Shown here piece after piece: positions 1 to 11,474 of a stretch of DNA of 64,000 nt. The notes beneath the pieces are model-generated. The model was not told where the DNA came from. It did not search any database and worked only from the letters and a program-made list of their open reading frames with translations. The stretch covers positions 311,612,001 through 311,676,000 of the forward strand of contig OZ024741.1 of the NCBI GenBank assembly GCA_964016885.1. The letters are read 5' to 3'. The stretch comes from Eledone cirrhosa (Eukaryota). Every line of letters starts with the position of its first letter. The stretch's first letter is position 1. A program made the translations under genes and the position numbers.

Positions 1-600
1 GTGGTCTACTCTATGCTTGATGTAGTTAGTTCTTAGTGCTTGTTCTTGAACAGCACAGATTAAGGATGCTGTTTCCGGTTTTAGATCACTTTCAGACATC
101 CATAACTACCCTCTTTCCTCTGGCTGTCCTATATTCAACAAATGCTAGTACTGTGTTTTTTTCTTTGCAAACCTCTATTTTGCACAGCTTTTCTGTGGAA
201 TTTTTCATATACCACGCCATGATAATTTCTTCTGATTTAATGCTGTCTTGGCACCCCGACAGTTCTCATCCTCTTATTTCTCTTGTTACATATAATCTGT
301 CTGTGTCACTCTTTCGGTAAAGTACACCATATCTAGTCAATATCCTTCTTGTCTACTTTTCTATATAGTCCACATGATCGGCCCTGCCCCATATCTAAGG
401 AGTGATATCGCCCATGAATTGATAAATTCCATCTTATTCCTTCCATTCAGTTTCGACTTGAGAATAAATCTCACTCTGCCCACCTATTACACCCTAAATT
501 ATTCTTTAATTTCCTGCTGCATTATTTTATCAACTTCCAATATCCATACGTACTAGTAACCTTCCTCTTGTATTTGCTTCACAACCTTTCAAGATGCACG
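1..600 (-). mobile_element. Decayed fragment of an R4/Dong-like non-LTR retrotransposon (RT thumb region)
   Basis: Minus-strand translation gives VRFILKSKLNGRNKMEFINSWAISLLRYGAG, which parallels the 2040-2170 region of the adjacent element. Many stops. Confidence 0.6.
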
Positions 601-869
601 TACATTGATTCTGCAATTATTCCAGTCAATAATTTTCACATACAGGTAGGCATGTTGTCGGTCTGCAATTGTCCACCGCATTTCCTTTAGTGAAATATTT
701 ATGCAGACATGTGTCCCTCTCTTTCTCAGCTACTCCGGTATCACTTGGTCAGCATTTAGCTATATGATAAGTTGTTCAGTTATTCGTTCATGGCTTTGAA
801 AAAATCTTTTGACCCAGTAGCTTCGAACTCCATCTAGACCAGGACACAATTATTATTTCGATGATGATT

Positions 870-3800
870 TAAAACCTGATTTGAGTTCTGCTTCTTTCCA
901 AATGGAGGGGTATTATTCTTACAGAGATAGTGCTCTTCTCAATATGTGTGCAGTACCAGTCAAAACAATTTTTTGCACCTCTTGCAGAGAGAGAAAACAA
1001 AGGAATATTCTCAAATACTGTTCTGCTACTTTCTTGATCATCCCCAGTGCTCCCACAATCACTGGTATTGTAACGGCTTTGAGGTGCCACATTTTGTTTC
1101 CATCAATTAGCAGATTTTTATATTTTGTTAGCTTGTCAAATTCTTTTGCCACGATATTGTAATCACATGGGATGCTCATATCAATCAATAAACAGACCTT
1201 GATATGTTGGTCGTTTATAATGATAGCTGATCTATTAGATTTCATGGTCCTGTCAGTATATAAAGGAAAATCCCAAAGAATTGTTAATTCTTTTCTTTCA
1301 GATACAGCCACAGGTTGATGGTTGTCAGCAGCTTTGATTTTATAATGCCGACATACTACCCAATGTAGATATTGTCCAACTCTGTCATGTCTATATTTGT
1401 ACTAGGGCTAAAACTTTACATCCGGAAACTAGGTAGTCTATGGTTTCAAACTTAACATACTCCATTTCCCATCACATTAGCCTGGTAATTCCTTGCCAGT
1501 AATGTTTGATCTTGGGCAGGTATGATGAAGCCTTCGCTCTGTTCTTTTAGCTCTGAATTACCTAGCCACTGATGGGAATGTTTCTGGTCAACATCAGCTT
1601 GTTTGCTACGGGCCACATATTTGCCATGCAAACGTTTCTGCTCCCACTTTGATGCTAATGGTTCTTGCTCATTTGCTTTTGCCATTAATGTTATATGATT
1701 AGCAGCATCGGTTGCAACAGTTTCCTTAGTCTGTGCAACCTGGGGATCACGCATGAGATCAGTAGCGTATTTTCTTTATCACCTTCAAGATATAATGAAG
1801 CTTCTTACTTCCCTCATCTTTTTCAACAGGTTTCAGTATACAGTCGTTTGCTGTTACAAGCTATTTGGTCAGTCCAATAGTGGTGATCTTGTAGGTAAGT
1901 TCAAATTGAATCAGGTCACGGTCTCATTGAGCTCTAGGAAGGTAAAGACGATCCACATCTGCTTTCACGTTGTGCATCCTATTACAAGTCAGTAACTTAC
2001 GGATTTTTAATTTTACTCATATTCCAGTTCAACACACCGAGGATATAAGTGACAATTGGAACTGCCATGGAATTTATGAGTAACTCTTGTTATATGCATT
2101 TAGTTCTGATCTCAGACCTGCGCGTTCTCTCCTGTAACATTCCTTCCTTATCCTCTCTTTCATACTTGCATGCTGAATGCTACAGCCCTCATTAATCCCT
2201 AGGAATTTATAGGTTTGTTCCTGCTCAAGTTCCTTTATGAATGTTTCAGCATCTAATTCAACTGAGTTTGAGTTGACAATCTTCCCCTTCTTGAAAGTGG
2301 CTTTGGCACACTTATGAAGATCAAACTCCCACTAATGTCATCACTACATCTTTTTACTGTCCGCAATGTCTCTGCAATATAGCTTTAAATCGGCCATATA
2401 GAATAGGTGGCTTATTTTCTTGTTGGCAATTTTGTAACCATACCCTATTCTATTATATTCAGATGTAAGGGGTATTGAAGCTATGCAAAAGAGTTGGGCC
2501 AAAAGTGAGTCACCTTGGAAAATGCCACATTTAGTGATTATATTCTTAGAACTTTATTACTCCATTGGAATGATATAATTGGAGGTTTGTGTTCCACAAT
2601 GACATAGTGTTTTAGGAAATTTGAAATCACAGGTGAGATTTTAAAGATGTCCAGATGTCCAGGTGAGATTTAAAGATGTCCGGATTTAAAGATGCCCAGA
2701 TGTCCAGGTGAGATTTTAAAGATGTCCAGTGATTTCAGAATCCATGAAAGCTTTTTTGTAAATGATCCATGGGAAACAGCTCTCTGCGCTTATTAAGATA
2801 TTTCTCAAAGAAAGCTAGAAATTTGGCACCCTGTCTCTACAGGGAGATTTCCACTAGTGAGCTTTATTGAGTGTCATCCTTAAGTCTGCTATAGAGATGC
2901 CATCCCAAGATTGTTCTTGTAAATATGTGTAGCATTTTCCCAAGCGACTAATCCAATCTACATTAGCATTATATGACTTCTCATCACTCCAAATCTTTCT
3001 CCAAAAGTTTTCAACTTCTATGGAAGGGGAGTATTCAATAATTATTTTCTCCTTCCCTATTTCTCTATAAAATGACTTCGCATTGGATGTGAACAATTTA
3101 TTTTGCCGGTAGAAGTCCTTTCGCTTCTCGAATCTACGAATTCGTTGGGTTTTCACTTGCTCTTTTTGCTTCAGAGTTTCCTTCGTTTATATTAATACTT
3201 CTCTAGAAGAAAGTTCATATTTTCTCTTTAGCTTTCTTCCCTTCCTGGATCTTATATCATTTCTAGTGATTAGCTCATTCAGTAAAGATATTTCCCCCTC
3301 TCATTAGGTTAATCTCGTTTTCAATTCTACTTCTCCAAATTGGTTTACTTATCAAGTTAGACTTTCTTTGTTTTTTTGGTGGTAAACAACTTGTTTCAAT
3401 TACTCTAGCAGATGCATAAATGATTTCATTTTAATCCAGTAAGATTAGGTTCTTATTCATCTATGATCTCTTTTGTTAAAGAGTTACTAATCATTATTTG
3501 CTTCGGATTGTATTTGGGAGTTTTTGAAGTGATTCTCTATCATTTCTACTAGTCTTACAACTGCAAGCTCATTCAGTATTTTCTGTTTCAATTCCTTCAT
3601 AGACTCTCGGTGTTCTTCAGAAAAATGCTTGGTCTTCAAGTAGTCTTTCTTTGCTCCATTCCTACCTATTTTCAGCAAGTTCAATAAGACTTCTCATTTC
3701 TACAAACCTATTTGAAATGTGTCAGATGGTTGTCTTTCGATAAGGAGATTCTTCAGTTTTTTCATGAATTATATATATGTCATTCTCCACAGCTTCCTTG

Positions 3801-4000
3801 TTCGCAGTTATTTCAGTATCTGTGAGTATATTATTTCTGAAAATATCCGTCCTGACATTTGCTAACTTATTTTCATCCAGATAACGTCTACTAGCTTGAT
3901 TTCGTGTTTCCCAAATTTTGAGAGTGTTTGCGGCGTATCTGCCTTGTGATGACTTACCTAATGCATAGTAATATGCGTATATTACTTATTTATACCCCTT
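870..4000 (-). mobile_element. Degenerate R4/Dong-clade non-LTR retrotransposon (RT plus restriction-like endonuclease)
   Basis: ORF 919-1311 (LWDFPLYTDRTMKSNR...CLLIDMSIP...KLTKYKNL...IPVIVGALG...VLTGTAHILRRAL) is an RLE domain. ORF 1452-1754 has KWEQKRLHGKY...EGFIIPAQDQTL; ORF 2854-3156 has QNKLFTSNAKSFYREI...FWRKIWS. Broken RT motifs lie in between. Confidence 0.85.
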
Positions 4001-4744
4001 CTCGCGTTCATTTCATCTTTTTATCTTTTCCTTTTGAGGTGGCTTTGGTGGGGGAGCTGGGGAGGTGGGTAACTGGGAAGGGGGAGCTTAAGTTGGGACA
4101 ACCTCCGTTCAAGTGAACATCTAGGACAAGAGTTTGTGCCAGAGGGAGACGTTTCCATCTGACGTTCGCACCTTCCTGAGGGACGCGCTTTCTGATTAAC
4201 CATAGGCCAAGCAATTTGGTGTTCTGTATTAATTTTTATTTGTTTCCCACAATTCATGCTTGCGTTACCCATGGAGTTTATAGTCCTTGGAATGTTGCCC
4301 GGCAATGCCGGGTAGTGCATTGGGTAGCTATCAGAGAAATCATTATCACCATTGTAACAACAATATAGTTATGGCCATTGCAATTGTTGATTGAGGGGAT
4401 GTGATGGTTGCCGCTGTAAGATGTGTATGAGAATGTTCTCAACTGTTCCTGTGGTAAGAGTGGTGTTGGTGGTGGTAGCGGGGAGATTGATGTTGGAGGT
4501 GAGGGTGTTGGGAGTGGTAGGGGAAGGATCGCATTCTAGCTTATTGGAGTTGTTTCTCCTTCGTTATATTTTGTTTTGTATTTTATAGTCTTATTGTTGT
4601 TGTTGTTGTTGAGTGTGAGGTATAAACGGTTGATTAGTAGTTTTTAGTTTGTTGTTGCATTTGCGAAGGATGTCTAATTCAACACAGACTGATGCATATT
4701 CGTACACACATTTATATATATAAATATATAATCAAATATATATA

Positions 4745-6378
4745 TATATGTATATATATATATAAGATGGTAGATATCTGTCTGTGTGTGTGTATGATTT
4801 TTATGCGTCTCCACATTTCTCCACCGATTTTGATGATTTATTTTCCAATGTGCTCCACATTTAACAACGATGGTCAATGCGTAATAAACTTTGCCAAAGA
4901 TTTCCTGCTTCTATGAAGGGAATCAATAAAAATCAATACATGCTGTAACGCTCTCACTTACACGCTTAATCCCTACCTCTACTACCCTCAACACTCTATG
5001 AAACTACATACATGTTGCAACTCTCTTTAAAAGGTCCATCCCTCCCTCTAATTCCCTCTCAATCTCCTCTGCAACTCTCTTTAAAACGTTAATGCCTCCC
5101 TCTACTACCCTATCACCATTACTGTCTACAGCAGCGACAAAACTTCGTTTAGGAACGCAACATAAACATTGAAAAGTAAGCAACGCATCAATTTATACAA
5201 CAACAAGCATAGCTTTACTCTCTCCGTCGCTCTTAGCTCTCTTCTCTCTATAATAGATTATTCCCCCTCTCTATAATTTAACTGCTTTACTCTCTTCATG
5301 CTTTGAGGTTTTTTTGAAAAGTAAGCAACACATCAATTTATACAACAACAAGCATAGCTTTACTCTCTCCGTCGCTCTTAGCTCTCTCTATAATAGATTA
5401 TTCCTCCTCTCTATAATTTCTCAGCTTTACCCTCTCTGTCGCTCTTCACTCTCTATATGACAACACTGTTTTACACACCGCCCTTTAGTTTCTTAGATTT
5501 ATTCTCTCCGTCGCTCTTCCCTCTCTCTATAATAGATTATTCCCCCTTTCTATAATTTACATGCTGGGGGAGTCATTCGAGTTCTGTATTGACATACGGC
5601 TTTTCTGGGGCATTTTAAATCGGCTTATTGCAAATAACAACCCTCAAAATAACACTTCATATAACAGATTAATGCTATAGACAGATGAATCGGAATGTTT
5701 AAATTATTTATTTTTTACGACTTTAATTGGTTAAATATTAATATGACAACAACAATAGTGTTGTACTTCTGGCAATTCTGCCGGATACACTGCCAAATAT
5801 GAACCCTTTCCCCTCGGCGTCAGATATCCCTTTCGATTTCCGGTGATCCCAATTCCCGGTGTGACAATGTTTTGCCATGTCCATTAACAAGTCACAAGGG
5901 CAAACATTGTCGGTGGCGGGCAGCCATTTGGCGGAGCCATGCTTCTCCCATGGCCAACTTTATGTTGCCTGTTCCCGCGTAGGGAGCAGGAATGGACGTC
6001 TTGCTTACACTCCCCAAGGGATGACTCGCAATATCGTCTACAAAGACGTGCTATAGATGTTGGTGCAGGTGTTGGAGGTGCTGGAGCTATGGCGTCTGGA
6101 AAACTATTTCCTGGTAGGGTCATCCATGGCGGACAGATCTGACACCCAGCGGCATCAGGTCCACCATCTTGCAACTTTGGTCTCCTAAATTCGCTATTGG
6201 AAGATTATTAACCCATCATTGATTGTCCAAAATGCTAATTGGTTCGTAACTTTTAATAACCGGTTCAACTGCGTTATGCAATTAATTGATAAGCTCATTC
6301 GCTTTCAAGCCACATTTACCTGTAAGTAACTTTTCATAGCAAATGAACAAATCCGAGCAACGGCGGGCTAAACTGCTA

Positions 6379-6379
<1 letters not shown>
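4745..6379 (+). mobile_element. Internally deleted Helitron with the Pif1-helicase C-terminus
   Basis: About 5790-6056 translates to DIPFDFR*SQFPV*QCFAMSINKSQGQTLSVAGSHLAEPCFSHGQLYVACSRVGS...TRNIVYKDVL*. The 3' end is a GC-rich subterminal hairpin (ccgagcaacggcgg) followed by CTAG at 6376-6379. Internal ctctctccgtcgctctt repeats at 5200-5560. The 5' boundary is approximate. Confidence 0.85.
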
Positions 6380-6418
<39 letters not shown>

Positions 6419-6462
6419 TATATAACGAGGAATCAGTGATGCATCCAAACACAATTTATTAA

Positions 6463-6552
6463 GGTATTACGTATGTTTCTCTGACGATCAGCTCAAGGCA
6501 GGATCTATTACAGATCGAACCTGACTCTGCATTCGCAAGCTCCTCAGATATA
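6463..6552 (-). ncRNA. Putative type I hammerhead ribozyme with long stem II (PLE pLTR remnant)
   Basis: Minus strand reads tatat-CTGAGGA-(long hairpin)-GAAA-catac-GTA-atacc, then AATAAA. Stem I is only about 3 bp. Confidence 0.45.
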
Positions 6553-6794
6553 TTTAGCGCTTTCAAAGCATTTCATCCGATTGAAACCATTCGATCCGTT
6601 CCATTGTCAACAATTGACATCACACTCTCGATACGGCCTTTCCATTGGTTTAGAATTTCAAGCGTCACCGCGCTCTTTTGACCAGTCAAATACGTTCATT
6701 GTCTGCAGTTATCTAAATGTGGTCAGCAAATTACTAATATTTCGACGCAAGCGTATAGATATATCTACCACCACCCATGTCTACGCATACACGG

Positions 6795-6966
<172 letters not shown>

Positions 6967-7238
6967 GTATGTGTACATACATACACACACCCATACATGC
7001 ACGTATATGTATGGCCTGAATTCCTTTCAGAATTCATTGTCATGCGCATGTATTGTTTTTTTGGCGGTAATTTTGGCGGTAATTTACTTTCCTCATTTAC
7101 TTTCCTAATTTTTTGAATCAGTTTGATCACTTCTTTAAAACTGCTGGATTGGCAACCTGACAGATACCTCAGGCACATCTGATCCACCGAAACTCGGCCG
7201 TTTCGGACCATACCAAAATCAACATACTGATTGCGGAT

Positions 7239-8054
7239 TTGGTACGGGTGATGAGAAATTTGTCCCGCATGTGCAACCCCGAAGAACTAGAGAGACACAT
7301 ACAACACTTCATCCACCGTATGCAGTTCTCTGGCTACAATCAGAGAGATAGAATCAGAGTGTATAAAGGAGCCAGAACCAAATGGGAAAAAATGGTAAAT
7401 AATGACATAAATGGGACCTGCCCCTTGTATAGGAGCAAATTTTGGAATAGAATAGAAAGAACTAGGAACAAGGCCAATAGAATAAACTCATGGTATGGTA
7501 GCAATAAATACCAGAGTGTAATGTTCATCAATACAACCCCTAGAGGCGAACTAGCCTACAAATTTAGAAGGGCCCTAAATAAGCATGAACTCAATATTAA
7601 GATAGTAGAAAGACCAGGTACCTCCGTAAAAACACTTATTAGCAAGACATACCCGTTCCAAAGACCCTCATGTATAGATAAGAAATGTATAACCTGTAAA
7701 ATAAGCCCCCATATTAACTGTAAAACTAGAAATGTAGTGTATAGCATAAGATGTACTGAAGGACAATGTAGAAACAAAAATATAGTGTACATAGGTGAGA
7801 CAGCTCGTAGTATAGGGGAACGAATAAATGAACACTGGCGAGACCTTCAAGATAATAAAGAATCATCTGTGCTCTACCAACATGCTAAGATAGAGCACAG
7901 GGGTAGATTAGAGAACATAGAAATAAAAATAGAATCCACACACAGAAAAGATGCAATGTTTAGGCAAATTACAGAGGCAGTAAGCATAAAAGAATTACAA
8001 CCAAAATTAAATAGAAAATATGAGTGGAACAGCAACATCACAACTTACAATTAA
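7239..8054 (+). CDS. PLE polyprotein C-terminus: RT thumb/linker, Cys motif and GIY-YIG endonuclease (5'-truncated)
   Basis: Contains CIDKKCITC, CKTRNVVYSIRC, VYIGETARSIGERINEH, SVLYQHAKIEH and RQITEAVSIKELQPKLNRKYEW. Confidence 0.88.
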   Translation: MVRVMRNLSRMCNPEELERHIQHFIHRMQFSGYNQRDRIRVYKGARTKWEKMVNNDINGTCPLYRSKFWNRIERTRNKANRINSWYGSNKYQSVMFINTTPRGELAYKFRRALNKHELNIKIVERPGTSVKTLISKTYPFQRPSCIDKKCITCKISPHINCKTRNVVYSIRCTEGQCRNKNIVYIGETARSIGERINEHWRDLQDNKESSVLYQHAKIEHRGRLENIEIKIESTHRKDAMFRQITEAVSIKELQPKLNRKYEWNSNITTYN

Positions 8055-8355
8055 GGACAAAATGAAAACACACACAGGACAAAATGAAAACACACACACA
8101 CATAGAACAAACAACTTACAATTAAGGACAAAATGAAAACACACACAGGACAAAATGAAAACACACACACACATAGAACAAACAACCAACCAACAATAAA
8201 TAAATAAATAAATAAACAAATAGATAAATGAACACAAACACACACAGACACCCGGATGTGGCGCATGCGCAAACTGAGCACACAAAACACACACAGAAAC
8301 AAAATGGCGTAGGATAGAAGAAAGGAAAGGCACAGAAACAAAGAAAGGAATCCCC

Positions 8356-8400
8356 AGTCACTGAAGAGGTCACAGAGTGTGTGACGAAAGGACTATGACT
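8356..8400 (+). ncRNA. Minimal type I hammerhead ribozyme
   Basis: AGTCA-CTGAAGA-g-GTCAC-agagtgt-GTGAC-GAAA-ggac-TA-TGACT: intact core with perfect stems I and II. Confidence 0.9.
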
Positions 8401-8664
8401 ATATATAAACAACTACTTGGTTGTGGAACCAACCAACCAACCAGAAATTTATAAGTTTGTAAATTTGTAAATTTATAAATTTATAAATATATAATAAATT
8501 GAAGTGAAAGCATCTGGTGCGTGTGTTTCTTATTGGCAACATGACCCTCCCAAAGTATAACAATATCGGTTTCAACACACGATTTCAGATAAAGAATCTT
8601 GCTAAACAAATTCAGAAACGAAATATATATATATAGTTATGTAATAAACAACATAAGGCAATTA

Positions 8665-8724
8665 TTCCATTTACCAGTGGTTTCTTAAAAGCAAAAGATT
8701 TTGCTTTCAATCCTCAGAATGAAA
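8665..8724 (-). ncRNA. Type I hammerhead ribozyme (family A)
   Basis: TTTCATT-CTGAGGA-TTGAAAGCAAAA-tc-TTTTGCTTTTAA-GAAA-CCACTGG-TA-AATGGAA. Confidence 0.85.
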
Positions 8725-9233
8725 AAATCCTGGTCTGTTTGAATTGAATTTGGATTTTAAAAATAAAAATGCAATCTATATGAAAGTGAGGCTGGAGAAG
8801 GAAGAAGGAAAGGAAAAATAAAATAAAACTACACATGCAAACACACACACAAAAACACAAAAGCATACATACACACACATATTTATATATATATATATAT
8901 ACATATATATATACATACATATACATACATATATACATACATATACATACACTCATACATACACACACGCACACATATATACACACATATATGTGTATAT
9001 AAATACAACAAACACATATATACATACGCACATAAATATCAACACATCCATACGTACAAATACATATATACAACCACACACACATATATACACATATACA
9101 TACACATAGAAACATAAATATAAAATATATATCCATATATATATGCAAAGTTTTATTTAAATTGTTGGGTTACAACGAGTAAATATTTATAACTGATATA
9201 AAAGCACTCAACAAGTATTTGGAGTATATTTAT

Positions 9234-9598
9234 GATATTAAATAAATGGAAAACTATATTTATAAAACCATATCTATTTCATTATATATATTTCAGGGAT
9301 ATCATATTAAAAATATGTTATGCCTTCTTCAGACAAAATACAATATAAACAGTCTTATAAATAGATAGATTCGACATACCTTTCAACTTCGACTTCCATT
9401 TGAAAAGTTGATTTGGTAGATCAACTTTTCAAATGGAAGTCGAAGTTGAAAGGTATGTCGAATCTATCTATTTATAAGACTGTTTATATTGTATTTTGTC
9501 TGAAGAAGGCATAACATATTTTTAATATGATATCCCTGAAATATATATAATGAAATAGATATGGTTTTATAAATATAGTTTTCCATTTATTTAATATC
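9234..9598. repeat. Near-perfect palindrome with about 180-bp arms (fold-back pLTR), one HHR on each strand
   Basis: Arms are reverse complements around the spacer ttggtag at 9413-9419. Confidence 0.93.
9492..9557 (+). ncRNA. Type I hammerhead ribozyme (family C); mirror copy at 9275-9340 on the minus strand
   Basis: TATTTTGT-CTGAAGA-AGG...CATATT-ttt-AATATG...CCT-GAAA-TATATA-TA-ATGAAATA. Confidence 0.82.
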
Positions 9599-10012
9599 GT
9601 ATACATATATATATATATATGTGTGTACAAGCATACACATACACAAACATAGCCATACACACATACATAAACATACTTACATACATGCACACAATCATAC
9701 ATATATACACACGAAAATATATACACACATAAATGCACTCCTCTACATATTCACACACGCAAATAAATATGAGAAAAAAAATATATATATATATTGACAG
9801 CGATACAGGAGGCAGCTAACTGGACAGACACGCGTGGTAAGTAATACACACAAATTCACGTATCATTACGTACGAAATAGTAAACACATACACACACTCT
9901 CACACATAAATATACATATACAAATACATAAACACTTACATACACATACATGCACAAACACGCACACAGATACAATTATACACACACATATGTATATGTA
10001 ATTATACACACA

Positions 10013-10058
<46 letters not shown>

Positions 10059-10204
10059 AATATAAACATACACACACACACATATATGTATACATACACA
10101 CATACATATACATACATAGCTATACAATTATACACATACAAATACGTACATATCATAAACACGCACAAACAAATATAAACACACACACACACACACATAC
10201 ACAC

Positions 10205-10249
<45 letters not shown>

Positions 10250-10943
10250 GATAAATCTACCAAGAGTTTACGGTAGTGTCCAATCCGTATGAAGAACTCA
10301 ATGTATTCCGGATATCATGGAAAGAAGAGATGTAATGAAAATCCAATTTCGGTGAAAGATAAACGGTATACAGAGTCAAGATAAAATATTAAACAAATAA
10401 TGAACAAACAATTCCTTATATTAAACAAAAAAAGTTCACTATTTAACGATCGTTACTGACCCCTCCCCCCCCCTCCCACCTAATTTCTGTATCTTGATCT
10501 TGAAATGTGTGTACCAGTGTTTTTATGTGAGTGACTTAATTTCTATTTGCTTATGATTTTATATCCACATATATAAATGTGAGTGGGGGAGTGTGTGTGT
10601 TTATATGTTCGTGGTTATGTGTATATTTATACATATACGCACATGTATGTGTGATTATACTGATATGTGTGAGTATGAAAAAAATATATTTATATGCTTG
10701 ACTCCATAAGTATCATTGCGTATCTTATCAGCGCATTAAGCTTACAGAGATATTAACCTTGAAATTTTATATTTGCATCCATCTTTTTAGTATGCACATA
10801 CAAATTATACACACATTATTGTAAAATATGTGTAAGGTTTTTACATGTATATACACACACCAAACTGCTTTTTAACCCTTTGTGTTTTCATTGGTCAATT
10901 TTGAACTGATATTTTGAATTGTTGTTATTATCAATAAATATAC

Positions 10944-11098
10944 TTCATTATTTCTGAAGACGGCGTATATATGAGTTAGGTATGTATATTTAATCTTGAT
11001 AATTTGTATAATTTTGTATAATTTTGTACATAGATCTGTTAAATATGCATACCAATTATAACACATATATGCCCTAGAAACGATCGTTAAATAGTGAA
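10944..11098 (+). ncRNA. Type I hammerhead ribozyme with about 115-nt stem II
   Basis: A 10-bp stem I (TTCATTATTT/AAATAGTGAA) flanks CTGAAGA...GAAA-CGATCG-TT. Stem II pairs GGCGTATAT/ATATATGCC and GGTATGTATATTTA/TAAATATGCATACC. An inverted copy of the downstream part lies at about 10380-10455. Confidence 0.8.
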
Positions 11099-11143
11099 CT
11101 TTTTTTGTTTAATATAAGGAATTGTTTGTTCATTATTTGTTTA

Positions 11144-11191
<48 letters not shown>

Positions 11192-11216
11192 TATATACAC
11201 ACACACACACATACAC

Positions 11217-11247
<31 letters not shown>

Positions 11248-11362
11248 TACACATATACATGTGTGTGTGTGTAAAACTCAGTCTTAGATAATTCATATGA
11301 ACCTTACATATACATATATATAGTAGTAAAGTAATGAAGTAATAAGCAACATAAGGCAATTA

Positions 11363-11422
11363 TTCCATTCACCAGCGGTTTCTTAAAAGCAAAAAAATTT
11401 TCCTTCAATCGTCAGAATGAAA
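11363..11422 (-). ncRNA. Family A hammerhead variant with a GUG cleavage triplet (probably inactive)
   Basis: TTTCATT-CTGACGA-stem II-GAAA-CCGCTGG-TG-AATGGAA. Confidence 0.7.
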
Positions 11423-11474
11423 AAAACCTGGTCTATCTACATATACATACATATACACACACAACTATATATAT

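Larger units (their letters stand above)
7170..8625 (+). mobile_element. 5'-truncated Penelope-like element with pLTR and tail
   Basis: Carries the ORF below, an HHR at 8356-8400, AATAAA at about 8433, and a short ATG-initiated tail (MTLPKYNNIGFNTRFQIKNLAKQIQKRN, from 8541) that ends in (TA)n. Confidence 0.85.

Noticed and set aside
4021-4560. Possible PLE endonuclease remnant or HDV-like ribozyme upstream of the R4/Dong element
   Set aside because: Only a weak I.W...CPRC resemblance, and no HDV pseudoknot could be assembled by eye.
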